Below the pieces are notes generated by a model. The model saw only the letters and a program-made list of their open reading frames with translations, ran no database searches and had not been told where the DNA came from. A stretch of DNA of 64,000 nucleotides from positions 44,580,001 through 44,644,000 of the forward strand of contig NC_045696.1 in the NCBI RefSeq assembly GCF_009834535.1. Reading direction: 5' to 3'. Positions 38,090-51,599 of the stretch are shown here, one piece after another. The translations under genes were made by a program, and so were the position numbers. Source of the DNA: Camelus ferus. Taxonomy: Eukaryota. The first letter of the stretch is position 1. Each line of letters begins with the position of its first letter.

Positions 38090-38718
38090 TCAGAATGTAA
38101 AATGTTGCAATAGCTTTGGAAAACAATTTGGCAGTTCCTCAAAATTTTAAACATGGAATTAGCATATGACCTAGCAATTCCACTCCTGAGTACTTATTCA
38201 AGAGAACTGAAAACATGTCCATGCAAAAGCACATACACCAAAGTTCATAACGCATTATTTATAATAGCCAAAAAGTGAAACAACCTAAATGTCCATCAGC
38301 TGATGAGCTGATAAACAAAATTCAGTATATTTATATAATGGAATATTATTCAGCCATAGAAAGGAATAAAATGCTGATATATGCCACAACACGGAGGAAT
38401 GTCAAAAAAAGTTATGGCAAGTGAAAGAAGTCAGACACAGAAGGCCACATATTGTGTGTTTCTATTTATATGATATGTCCAGAATAAGCATATTCATATA
38501 AGAAGAAAATAGATTAGCGCTGGCCAGGGCCTAGATAAAAGCAAGAGCTGAGAGTGACTGCTAAGGTGTTTAGGGCTTCTTCTGGGGTGAAAAAATGTTC
38601 AGGAAATAGTGATAATTGCACAATTTTGCAAATACATTAAAAATCAGTTTATTATACACTTTAAAAGGATAAAATTTGTGGTATATGAAATATACTTTAA
38701 TAAAGCTATTATTAAAAA
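38090..38718 (+). mobile_element. L1MB-type 3' end
   Basis: tttggaaaacaatttggcagttcctcaaa...catatgacctagcaattccactcct...aaggccacatattg...aataaagct. Confidence 0.92.
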
Positions 38719-39111
38719 TACATGTAAACTTACATTTAATTTCTGCATAAATAAGCATTTACTTGTGTACTCTGAAATCTCTACATAGTTGTGCCTAGAA
38801 TTATCCAGAGAGAAAAGTGATATTGGCCTTGGTTACAGAAGAAGTCAGCCTACATTCCAAGGTCCAGACATTTTTTCAGTATATGTAAAGGACATCTCTA
38901 GCTATGTGTCTACGGTAATCATATTTTTTGAACCAAGATTCAGAGACCTGATGCAACTGGTACGTATTTACTTATAGTTAGCCTTATGATCAAAATGCTT
39001 GAGATTAGGTCTCTCCTAGGAAGCTGAAAAACGAAGTTTTGACACAGACATGTAGATATTTCTGAAAGCTATTCTTATGCTGGAAGTTAGTAGTAAGAAA
39101 ATAATACTTTA

Positions 39112-39210
39112 GGGGAGGGTATGGCGCAGTGGTAGAGCATGTGCTTAGCATGCACAAGGTCCTAGGTTCAATCCCCAGTACCTCCATCATTAAAAAGAGA
39201 AGAAGAGAAA
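39112..39210 (+). mobile_element. tRNA-Ala-derived SINE (Vic-1 type, short form)
   Basis: GGGGAGGGTATGGCGCAGTGGTAGAGCATGTGCTTAGCATGCACAAGGTCCTAGGTTCAATCCCCAGTACCTCCA followed by an A-rich tail. Pol III A/B boxes are visible, and the flanks are loosely duplicated. Confidence 0.88.
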
Positions 39211-40234
39211 TGAACACTTCAAACCAATACTAAATTACTTCTTATCAAATGTCTATTTGGAAATTCTAATTATCTCTTTCTCTTAGAAGGGTCAATTGGG
39301 ATAGAAGAATGTTAAAATAAAAATTGCCCAAGTCACAGTAATCAACCAAAAAGAAGAGGTTAAAATTCAGACTTATAGTATTTCCATCCCTGGTATGTTA
39401 GTCTAGAAGGAGCATTAAAGAAGATAACTTAACTTTCATCATGAGAGTCTTTGTTTGACAATCACCTGATTTACATAAAATTAAATTTGGAAACTAAAAA
39501 GAAAGGGATAATTATATGCAATTACTTTGCCTTAGAATGTGGTTCCAATTACTAAATAGACTTACATTTCTTTTTTCTTCCCAAATTATCACCACCTGAT
39601 AAGAAAAAGAAATGTCTTTATATTAACATTCTTGTGTAACCACACTTATCACTTGGGGATAAAAGAAGAATCCTCTTTCATGACTTGCTCTCGGCTGATG
39701 ATGCTTGGTACGCTGCACATTGATAGAAAATAAAAATCAATTAATTTACTAGCCCAGGTATTTGTGCTGATTCGGATCAGAGCGTGTCTTTAGCAGACCG
39801 AGTACTTGTTTCTAAAGGCTTTGCTCTTTCTGGCCACAGGATTGTGGAAGCATCAGTGGGGGCACCTGCCTTATATTTCAACAGTCCTGCATTTTTTCCA
39901 GACCAGGAAAAATTCTCTGAATCATAGTGGGGGGGGGGGGAATCTACCATATTCTTTACGGAAATATGAAGAACAAAATAAAAAAAAAAAAAGAAAACAA
40001 TGATAATAGCTTAAAAAGGCAAGTTGGGTATTACTATACTTGTAAAAGGAAATTTAAAAATACATTGAAATGTAAGGTATTGTCAACTAAAGACTACATA
40101 TACGTATATATAATTTTTGAATTTTTTTTCCTTGCTCATTGGCACAAGGTCAAAATCCTTTCACTTATTTTAATTGGATTTTCTGTACACTGTAACTGTT
40201 AACTATTCTCTAGAACACCAGATTTATAAATAGG

Positions 40235-40245
40235 ATACATATATA

Positions 40246-40281
<36 letters not shown>

Positions 40282-40315
40282 CGTACATACACACACACAC
40301 ACACACACACATATA
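40235..40315. repeat. Compound (AT)n(GT)11(AT)n(AC)11 microsatellite and inverted repeat
   Basis: Uninterrupted purine-pyrimidine alternation; 29-bp arms at 40242-40270 and 40287-40315. Confidence 0.95.
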
Positions 40316-41624
40316 ATACATATATAACTGTGAGTTGACATATATAGCTGTGAGTTTATTCACCAGGGGGAATAAAACGCAGAGCATACCCAATATTCCA
40401 GGTTATGTTATAAAAAGGTTATCTCACTACCTGTAAACCAGTATTACATATCATGCCCTATAATTTGCATGAAAATTAAAATTACACCTTTCATCTACAT
40501 TTCAATGGGTTGAGTCAATAACCTACTCTTTACGTTTTAGAAAGTGAGAAACTGTACTTACATGGAGTTTGCTGAATTCAAAAATCCACTATCACCTTTT
40601 GAGTTTTAACGCCTATCAAAGGTGTAATGTTTGAAATGTGAAGCGGGAACATGAAGTCCCTAAGAAAGCCAGGAGAGCGACATTCATTTAAGTCACTTAA
40701 TCTGCTCATAGAAAACTTCACTACTTATAATTAAGGAAATCAGACTGCATATGACAGCTTGCTTTTCCCAGTCACAAGGAAGTAATTAAAAAGAATAGAA
40801 AGAGTAAATCATGAAAAAACAGTATGAGACTTGTGAAGCTTTTTCTCATATTAAGTGAGAGAAAAGAATAGTTTCTCTAATCCTGGACCCTGTACATATG
40901 TAAGGATGAAATATTTCCCTAAAATAATCCTGGCCATGGAGCCAGATCCGAGAAAGAAGGAAAGAGAAGTGAATTCTATGGACTCTATTTTCCAGCCACC
41001 TTGACTGTGAGATGGACTTTCTTTTCTAAGAAAAGTGAACAGTTTCATCCCGCAATCTGTTTCACAGTTGAAGCAGGATTTCCAATCTGGCTGAATGATA
41101 GCCACTTTCCAAATTTCGGTAAGAAAAAAATTTTATCCCATTTGCACTAGTCTCTTATCTATACACACACACCTATGTGTGTACGTGTGTATAAAATAAG
41201 TAAAGTCAAAGCGATTAGACTGAACAAACACATGCCTGGGAAATCAGAAGGCATCTTTCTATTTGTTATTATTATTACCAGGATAAAATTTTGGTGCTAA
41301 ATTATTGTGTTTACATGAGCTCACACTCAGAAGAAAGCAATACTGATGCTGACATATAAAGACAAATTAACATAGCTTTGAAAGTTAGTATAAGCCTATT
41401 GTTGTAAGGACAGCAACACTAGAAAACAAGTGACAAGAGAATTTCCATGAATTGGAAAATGCATAAACACTATGTCCTATTCAGCTTCTTTACTGTTACT
41501 AATTTCATCATTGCAAAGACTCTGGACAGTCTGGGAAATATCTGCTGAGAACAATCAGTTAAGGTCTATCAATACCCATAAAAAATCTATATCCAGAGAG
41601 AAAAGCAATAATGACTAATAAAAT

Positions 41625-41815
41625 TTGTAAAGTACTTTATTTTGCCAAGTAATTCCACCATGTGTTCTTTCTTCTGATTATCATACAGAGCAGGTTATTA
41701 TTCATAATTGTAATTAAAGAAATGGTAAGGCAGTGTGATTTACTTGAGATCACACAACTATAATGATGGTTCTATTCATGATCTCAACCCAGGACTTTTC
41801 ACTCCAAACGGCTGT
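41625..41815 (-). mobile_element. MIR SINE
   Basis: gtgatttacttgagatcacacaact...tcaacccaggacttttcactccaa. Confidence 0.6.
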
Positions 41816-42189
41816 TGCTAAGAGCATAGGGAAAAATTACACTGTGTGTTAAATTTTAGTTTTTATCTTATTTAATATTACACAAAGCACCACACTGATC
41901 ATCTTATACAAAAGACACCACTGATTGGTTAGTTAAAGTTACTAAGCAATTATTTAAACTGACTTTTAAAGTCAGCCCAAAACTGAAAATTCCCTTATGT
42001 CTGTGGATATAGCCTGAATTACCATCCCTGAACTCCCTGTAAATGTAATACAATCATCACCTCACAAACTTAGGCTAAAGACGTTGGTTTTCTTTTCTAT
42101 TGGGTAAGGAGTAGTTATCTGTTGCTTTCTTAATAAAGTCAAATTTCAGATAATCTTTAAAATAAGAGGATAATAGCTGCAAGAATAGA

Positions 42190-42410
42190 GAAGGTAGAGA
42201 ATTTGGAGTCACCTAAGATCTAAGGGAAAGTCTACACTGTAATTCCACTTTGGCTACTGAGTTCATTTACTCTGGACCCTTGGTTTCACTTCTCTATGAG
42301 ACCATTTCCCTAAGGTGAAGCCCAAGCATATCATACCCCTTAACAACTGGGAACGTTATGAATAATGAATGAGATAGCGAAGCACTTAACTGAGTGCTAC
42401 GTAAGTAATG
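42190..42410 (+). mobile_element. MIR SINE
   Basis: tttggagtca...tctggacccttggtttcacttctcta...aatgagata...gaagcacttaac. Confidence 0.5.
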
Positions 42411-45400
42411 TTTTTTTAAGAGAAGAAAATGTCCATATGGGAATTGAATATGACTTCTTTCTAGCACCATGTGGTGATTCCCATGTCAGTGAAAAGAATA
42501 ACCTAATTATTTTTTTAAATGAGATGATAAGACTTTTTTTTAGATCAAGACAGCTTCACACTCTAGGGAATCCTCTAGAATATCACAAACATAGTTTAAA
42601 ACAACTAAAAGTCACAAAATCACCTACATCCAAATCTATGAGGTCAAAAATAAGAACATTAACAATATTAAGATAGAAATGTGCCAAGATATATCTCCAA
42701 TGTAATAAAATTCTTTTTTTAAGACACAAGAGAAAAACTGTCACCCATAAAATATATACTGAGAAATTCTTGACTAGAAAGGAGGAAATTCATAATTATT
42801 ATTAATACATAAAGCATTAAACTAAAGAATGAGTTCAGGAAATTGATTTCTTAGTGTGCTTAGTTCAAGGCACTTTCTAGTTAACCAATATATGACTAAT
42901 TCAAAACTTTAAACTTTAGGAATAAAGACTTATTCTTAAAGAGCATCTAATATTTTATGGGTCAATGGCCCACTTAAGAGTCCCTGGATTGATTCTTAAT
43001 GTATATAATTAGTAACTTGTGTATATCATTTCAAGGGATTCATGAAGACTGGTGAAGTTTATTGGAGGAACCACTAGACATTCAGATCTTCATCCTAATG
43101 CTTGTGTTCAACCTCCAAATAATTACTGATTTGGGCCTAGGGGAGAGGGGCAATGTCAGGGCAGGAAGATTAATAAGGCATAAAATGTTACCAGCACGTG
43201 TGGATTTGGAATATTAACTAATTAAATAGTAGAATTCCAAGTCACTGTTGCCTGGGGGATGCTTAATGGTGTTTCACAAGTATCAAGGTGCTGTGCAAAT
43301 GGAGAAACTGCTTCCATCTCAGACTCACGGCTACCAAAGAGACGTTTAATCATCTCTATTCATAGCACATATACATACCAACAAACCAGTTGCTGGCAGA
43401 AACTTTTTGATTCTAGAACATGAAAGAAACCATCCCAAAATACTAAGATACAGACCACTCAGCTTTTAGTGATAGAGCTATAATGTTATGCAGCTATTGC
43501 TGAAGTTAACAATTAAAGACTAAAAACATTGGTTTCAATAATTGGATCTTAAAGCTAGAAGAAGATGTGTCACCATAGATAAGATGCCATGAGAAAAGAA
43601 TAAGGCAGAAGAGAATCCAGACAAGATCAACATGGTTAACTGTGGTACTAACTACACTAGCAAAGAAAGAGTGATACCACTTCCTTTGAAGGAAAGAATT
43701 AGAGACTGATACCGGGCTCCTCCACACAACATTCAGAATACACTGAGTAATACATTTTATGTCATTCATTATACAGGCATAGTGCATTTTCTACAGTTTT
43801 CAACAAAGAGTAGGTTCAGTAATTTTTTGAAAATTGTTCTGTCATCATCATTTAAGTCCATATTTAAAGAGTCCTTCAGAGTATTGTTATAGTCATACAC
43901 ATTCCATGGTCTAGTCAGCCTCTATTTCCTGCATTTTCCTAAAGTTATTTCTTCATTAAAGTGAATTTGTTTAGATCATAGTTTACATGCAAGTCTCTAC
44001 TTTCAAATCTTTTAAAACATGAGCCATCGTGGCAAAAGTTCATAGCACCAACATGGAAAAGCTTACAATAATTAGCTAGAAAAATCAGAGGCAATCTAAA
44101 AGGATCATTTGCAACCTACATATTACTGACCTCTACTTTTAAAAGCCTAGTTTACATTCCCTACCAAATGATTCTTTCCAAACATAATAGCACAAAGAAT
44201 GCTGTTAGAGCCAGGAAAAACAAAAAAAAATGAGTGACAAATAATAGAAATAGGAGATAAACTGAGAGTTCTATAGGAAAGTGGAAGAGCATAAAACACC
44301 ATTATCTGTAATGCTTGTACTTGACATTTTATCAACTACTCTAATCCTTTGTTCTCTGCTCATGAGTTTTTATAAAATTAGCATCATGATTTGGATTTGG
44401 TCCATGTGAAACATCATGTCTACACATAGATTCTTTAGAATTGTTGAATTCTTTCTATAATTTCTTCTATAAGTAGAATAAGATGCTAGTGATTTCTAAC
44501 AATTCATAGTAGGTCTTAGGATAAAAAATTAAATGGTAAATTTAATTAAAGTTATTATGTTAGTACTAGAAGGATCATTGTGTCATCATTTCTTTTTTTC
44601 TTTCTGTTTTTTTTATTTTTGTACAATTCTATTGTGGTGGAGACTGGTTGTTTCCTTCCTGTCCCACATCACTTCCTACTAGCTAAGGTACAGGATGGCT
44701 ATCAGATCTTATCTTAGGAAAACCCATTTAATACACTTTGAAAAGAAAGCTGATCTTCATCTACCTATCTATACCTAAAACATGGTAGACTTATGAGCTT
44801 ATTTGTGAATAAGAATATTTCATCTTCCTCGATAAATTAGTTCAGGGTTTCATATATGTTCTCAATCAGGGTCTCCTTAGGATTTTTTGACCAGAGCTAT
44901 AAGAGAGTTGCTCTTTTACTTAAGCTACTTTGAGTTGAGTTTCCAATGCTCACAACCCAGCACCTTGGTTAATACTTCAGTAAAATCTTCCCTTTACATA
45001 AAATTAATACTTCTTTGAATGTTGGATATGGAACTGAAGAGAAGTGAAGAGATTGTTTTTAATTATATATAAACTCTAGTGTAGTCCATTTTCTTTTCAA
45101 AGAGTTGGTGCATATTTGCAAGAAGATGGAGATGAGAACAGTTTGTTATATAGAATTTTTGTTTTATATCAGGAGAGTCACCACCCTGAGCCACAACCAT
45201 GAAACAAGAAGAATATAAAATCCTTACCTGCATGTGTATGATAATGCAACATCCACGACTTGTGACAGATGGCCAAGACATGAGCATTTCAAACCGAGAA
45301 GCTGAATTATCATAGACACTTTACTGAAAACACTAAGGTGTTTTTTATAAATCTATAAAGCTGATCACCTGTTTTGTTTTATTTTAAAATAATAACAAAG

Positions 45401-47132
45401 CTCTACAAAATCAAAATCATACTAGGCTAAATATGTAAATAGAATAATTATGACTAACAACATTTACAATAGTAATGAACAAAATATATGCTCTGAGTTC
45501 AACAAATTAATATGAGTAAAATTTATGAACATATACAGTTAAGAATGACAAAACAAAAGGAATTTTTCAAATTTCAGGTAATTAATAACATGAGTTATGC
45601 TTGACTTGGATTTCTAATCAAAATTCAGCCCTTTCTTTATTGATAGATTCAAAAGCATCTTTTCATTTTCATTTTGGAAGGGGTAGAAAAATGTTGCCCA
45701 CTCAGGCAAACTGAATAGATGAGCTTCCTCAGGAAGATATTATGGAGAGCTGCCACATTCTTAGAATTGATGTTTCAGAAATCAGGGAGCATAAGTCAAT
45801 CTGATTAAGAAATTCTTTCTGATCATAAAATCCTCTATGACCCAGTGGTGTTTTCAAACACGTAGTAGACATTTTAAAATTAAAAAGAGAAAACACATGG
45901 TTTCCATTTTTGAAACATTTTAACCAAACAAGAGAGTAAATTGACAAAGTTAATAATGGTAATATTATCAAAACCAGAAAAGCTTTTGAATGTGCAACAA
46001 TACACAACCTTCAGCAAGCTTAGTAAGCCTAATGTTTATAATCTCATTCAGTCTAATATGCTTGTGAGGAAGCTTCAATGTAAGTACCAACAACATTTTA
46101 CCCAAATGGACACGTCTTTAGTAGTACTCTTTGTCTTAACTCTTTTAAACAAAAACTAATTATGTAAAAGTAACAACAGTCCCTGCTCAGAATTCAGTGT
46201 GCACACAGAGGCAGTTTCACCTTACTATTTGCTTTAAGAAGTGTTATCCCAAAAAGCAAGAATTTAAATAAAGATATATAAATGAAGCAGTATTTTCCAT
46301 TATTAAAATATTCAAAAAGTCTTATCTTGGGTATCACAAAACTAAGCCAGTTGCTCTCAACCTCATCTGCATATTGGAAAACTTTATAAAATAGAGTCAT
46401 GTTAAATGGGTACTCAAGAGTTTTACTGAGTGAATGAACAGATGAATAAATCGATAATAATAGAGCAATATTGCATCTTTACTGGAACCGTTCATTCTTT
46501 CTCTAGCTCCTTTGTTCCTATAGATGAGTCACTTCACACAATTCTATTCAGGTTGGACCCAGTTGCTCCCTAGTAGCCCACAATTGTGCAGCATCATGTA
46601 ACAGAGTAAGGCAGTAGCATCTTTATGCAGTTCTTCTACTCACCTTGATGACGACCCTCCAATATCTGCTGTTGTTATTATACTCTTGAAATGATAATAC
46701 CATGGGTGTAATCTCTACTTCACAATTAACATAGGAAAAGCATTGAAACTTTTGTCCCAAATGCTTGAGAAAACAATTATCTCTCCATAAAGAAACTAGG
46801 CTAACTTCAGAACATAATGTTGAGGGAAAAATGTGTTTTAAATGAAAACAAATATTTCCCCTTTTAAATTATGAAATTCTGGACAGAGCAACAATAGTTC
46901 ATTTGCACATGGTAGTCATTTAATAAATATTTGTGAAAGTTAGGAAATAAAGCAACTAAACCTTTCAAAGGAAAATCACCAAATAGAATCTAAATTAGAG
47001 AAACATATATATGGAAATTAAAATATGCAAAAATTTTCCCACTTGAAAAATATACTATGTATATACATGTATATACTAATTTACATACAATTTTTATGTA
47101 ATATATTAAAAGAGAAAATGATGTTAAGAAGA

Positions 47133-47160
47133 ACCATGACCATGACCATGACCATGACCA
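47133..47160. repeat. (ACCATG)n hexamer repeat, about 4.6 copies
   Basis: accatgaccatgaccatgaccatgacca. Confidence 0.9.
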
Positions 47161-48384
47161 GCAGGAAATTTCATCTTTAAGCTACAATATTGCCTTGGTA
47201 CTTTTTTTTTCCTCTCTGTCTTAGATGGATGACAAGGTATTTCACTTTTTCAGTCACCAAATATGATCTCATAGTTTATATTGTCTTGTACATTGCAAGT
47301 CACCAAAATATGCCCTGATCAGCTACCTCCATCCATCTTACCTTTCCTCTGGAAACTTGGGATAATTTTTTATCTTTTCTGTCAACTGAATGTACAGAAA
47401 CTGCCCAACATTATGAAACATGTTCACTCCCTCAGGACTGCAGCCATTTGAAAATGTTAAAAAGATCACACAATATATGCAGCTGCAAATCAATGCCAGG
47501 CTCACAAGCGTCTTATAGTCACTAAATCTCCATACAGAAATGCACGTATGTGCCTATAACTCTACATAATATAGATAGACCATACAATATGCAATACATA
47601 TCATTTTAGTTTTAGAACTTTGAGGAGCAATTGAAAGAATTATATAAACTAGAATAATGGTTCTTAGTGATGAAATAAAATACATGGAATTCTAGATGCA
47701 ATTAGATGATAGATTTGTGGGATTATTTACTTTCTTCATTTGTAAACTCTACATTTCTCTTTTCAAGGAAGTCCTGCAAATATAACTAGGGAGAACAAGG
47801 TAAGATTTAAATTCCAAAAATAAAACTTTAAATCTTACTATGTTCTCTGCTATTGTGAAATTATCTCCTATGATAACTTACATGCAAACCCCCTGGAGTA
47901 CATTTCTTTTGTATGAAAATTATGCCAGCTATATTAAAAAGCAAACAAACCCTTCACATAACACATAAAAGTACACGTCCTTCTATTTGAATTTGTTTGA
48001 AGATACATTATGTGTGTGTGTGTTCAAAGCTTTTACTATCCTAGTCCAGAGAAATGTCAACAGGGCTCACCCAAATCAAATTAATGAAATTTTTAAAGTT
48101 TGTCTTATTTGCTTCGAAATCTGTCCCAAGTGTGAAAATTCTTTTACAAGATAAAGCTCCATGTGCCTTGTCTTTTTACCCCCTTACCTTTATTGAAGAA
48201 ATGGAAGATTCAGCAACCAATTACCTTTGGCTACTATTAGATCCTGGATATCTTTAATAACCTGTGAATTAAAAAAAAAAACTGTTTTCAATTTTTAAAA
48301 GATAAGCTAGTAAGAAAATATGTTGGGGAACAAGAGAACTCTGAAACACTCTAAGATCAATATTCATCATACAATGAATGCATT

Positions 48385-48465
48385 ATACAATTCCTTATAC
48401 TGTATACCTGAAACTAGTAAGTTATATGTCAATTATAGGTTAATAAAAATAAGAAAATAAAATTA
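48385..48465 (+). mobile_element. Short L1 3' terminus
   Basis: tgtatacctgaaactagtaagttatatgtcaattata followed by an A-rich tail. Confidence 0.6.
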
Positions 48466-48809
48466 AGTCAAAATTTTAAAATTCCTGAGCATGAATAGAA
48501 GCCTGATTAATGTATTACATGGGCAAGAGGTCTAATCTGTGGTCCCTGGACCACCAGCTTTTACAAAAATAAATCTAAGGACATCAGGGAACCTCCTGAA
48601 CTTAGAACTTTCAGTGTGTTTGTATGTACATAATAAATGTATTAAAATGTCTAACAGGATATAGTTAAGAAAAGATTCCACAGTTTTCAAGATACTCTCA
48701 AAAGCGGTTTTGTCCCCCCAAAATCAAATTATTGTTACTTTTTTTTCTTACAAACTCTTACATGTCTAACTTTGTTTATAACTTAGTCATAGTTAAGGCT
48801 CTTTTAAAA

Positions 48810-50275
48810 CTATTTTTGGTTTTGTTTAAATTTTCCCTTAATTTATATAAAACAAAGTTTACTTCCTTGGTATATAGTTTTGTGAGCCTTTTTAAAAATA
48901 TAAAGAGTTTTGTAGCAACAATCATGATACAAAACAGTTTCCTCACTCCTAAAAATGTCTTCATACTGTCCCTTTATACTCAAACCTTTCTCCTATGCCT
49001 AATTCCTGGTAAAAACTGATCTGTTCTCTTTTCCTATAATATGGTCTTTTCCAGAATGTCATAAAAATGCAATAATATAGTATGTAATCTTTGGTGGCTG
49101 TCTTATTTCCCTTAGCATAATGTATTTGAGATTCAAGAGTTTGTTCCTTTTTAACTGATGTATAGTATTCCATTGCATGGAGGTACTATAGTTTGTTTAT
49201 TCACTCTCATTGAAGACTATTTCAATTCTTCCCAGGTTTTGTAAATTATGGATATTGCTTCCATAAATGATCATGTACTGTTTTTATTATATGTATGTCT
49301 TCATTTCTCTGGATAAATACCCACTAGTAAGATTGCTAGGTCATATGTTTAATTTTTCAGAAATTGCCAAACTGTTCTCCAGAGTATATGCATAATTTTT
49401 CATTCACACCAGCAATGTAGTAAAGTCTGAGTTTCTCCACCTGCTTTTCAGCAAGTCATATTCTCAGGTTTCATATTTTAGCGATCACGATAGCTGTGTA
49501 GTGGTATCTCAGCATGGTCTTAATTTGCATTTAAATGTTCTTCATAGACTACATCAAGTCCTTCATTAGACATGTAATTTGCAAATATGTTCTTCAGTCT
49601 TCTCAATCTCTTGACAGTGTCTTTTGCAAAGTAAAAGTTTTAGATTTAGATAAAGATGATTTATCTTTGTTTTCTTATATTTATTTTGTCTTTGGGATCT
49701 CTAAAGACACTTCGCCTAACCCAAGGTCCCCCAAATTTTCCCCAATTTTTTTCAAAGTATTTTATACCTTTACATTTTACATTTAGACATATAATTCACC
49801 TTAAGTTCATTTTGTATAAGGCATAAGATATATATTTAGATTCCTATTTTCATATAAGGATTTTCAAATGTACTGGCACCATTTTTTGAAAACACTATGC
49901 TTTCTTCTTTGAATTGTTTTTGCATTTTGTCAAAAATCAGTCAGCCTCATTTGCGTGGGGCTATTTTGCACTCTATTCTGTTCCACTGATCTATGCGACT
50001 ATGCTTTTGCAATACCACACTGAGTACTATAAAGGTAGGTAAGTCTTAAAATCAGTTAATATGGATTCCCAAACTTTGCTATTTTTAGAAATTTGTTTGG
50101 CATTTCTAGTTTCTTTGCCTGTCAAAATAAATGTTATATTCACTTTTCAATATCTACAGAACACCCTGCTGGCATTTTGGTTAGGACTGCTTTCAACCTG
50201 TAGATCAATTTGGGAAAAATTGTATCTGAACAATAATGTCTCTCAATCCACAAACATTGTCTATCTCTTAAACTT
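48810..50275 (-). mobile_element. L1MB/L1MC 3' UTR and decayed ORF2 3' part
   Basis: ctgatctgttctct...ttttccagaatgtcata...cttagcataatg. ORF 50140-50322 contains PKLIYRLKAV..KMPAG, which is ORF2-like. Confidence 0.88.
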
Positions 50276-50889
50276 ATATCAGGGTTTCTCAGGAAAAGAA
50301 AAGATACCGTGGAAGCAACCACAGATTTCCACTATAAAATGTGGCATAATGTTTGATATATGACTTCCTTACACATGACAATTATGAGTATTACTTAGTT
50401 TATCCTTAAAGTCAAATATTTTCTCATGTATTACCTTGGTATTCATCAGTCACCCAGTCTTTCCACTATTGTCTCACTAAAGGAGATAGAAACAATGCCA
50501 TTATGCTCCAATCTTTTCCCCTTTAATTTCAAAGCTAACTATTTCTATAAAGCTGACTAAATGTGTCTATCTCTATATGAGTTAGCTACAGCATTCACAG
50601 GCTATGTTTAAAATTAAGCTGTTCTATACATTCTTTCCTGAAATTGTCTCCAGGATACTTGGCAATGTTAGGTGACAGCATATGTTTAATGTTGTTAAGA
50701 GCAGAGTCATTTTAGCGGAAGTCTGAAATAGCACTTTAAATCTACAAAAGGTACACCCCACAGAGGTCCTAGAATAGCACTTAATAAGTATAGAAGGAAG
50801 CGAATCTGGAGTGCATAACATGATGTAAGCTATAAAGAGTTAGTGTTAAAAGAGTTAGTGTTAAAAAAGTTAATGTTAGTGGTTATACT

Positions 50890-51130
50890 ATTTCCCAAAT
50901 TCTTTTCTGAAGAATGTCAGTTTTGTGGGAGGAAAAAAGGTCTCAGAAGTTAAATATGTTTGGAAAATACAATGCACTATCTTGCTCCTTTGGAAATTCA
51001 GAATGCAGATTCACATACTAAAGGACCTAAAAAGTTCTATACTAAAGGGATTGTTTAATTTTGCTCACCCAGCTTTTTCCAAATAGGCTTGAAAGACATA
51101 GGTGGACCACTTACTTTTTAGAGATGTTTC
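50890..51130. mobile_element. MER112-like hAT MITE
   Basis: aaatatgtttggaaaa...ggaaattcagaatgcagatt...taaagg...tgtttaattttgctcacccagc...ccaaa. Confidence 0.55.
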
Positions 51131-51599
51131 CCATTAAAACAGGAAATAACAGTGTGATGTGTAATAGGGAATCAAATGATGAAGCATCCTTCATTACTAA
51201 TCAAAATGAGCTACAAAACAAGAAATTGGTTGTTTGAAGGCTCAAAGTAGTGAAGGAAAAGAAAGAATGTAATAAGCCATGCTAATGCCATTTTAAGATG
51301 GCACTTTCCAGTTTCAGCTAAATAGTAAACCCATTCTATCTTGTTCTTCATACTGATGACAACTAAAATCTCAGGATGGAATTTATAAAGCAAGTATCTG
51401 ATAACTCTGAAAAGTAAATGATAGCATAAAAGTCAAACTTCCAAAATAACTAATAAAAGTAGTAAGTTTCCTGTTTTAGTTTTTTTTCTTTTTTATCTCC
51501 TGGCTTAGATTCTAGGTACTCTGAATCATAGGTTTAAGAATTTCTGTGTTTCTAAGGATGGGAAAATTATACTAAGATAAGCCAAGGGTTAAATTCCAT

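Noticed and set aside
39112..39186. Functional tRNA-Ala(AGC) gene
   Set aside because: It has extra 5' bases, an A-rich tail instead of a T-run terminator, loosely duplicated flanks and a sister copy at 34045-34197, so it is a SINE.
50836..50880. 15-bp tandem triplication and other short duplications (about 9469, 20435, 37855) as an array
   Set aside because: There is no repeat-spacer structure; these are ordinary slippage duplications, not CRISPR-like.
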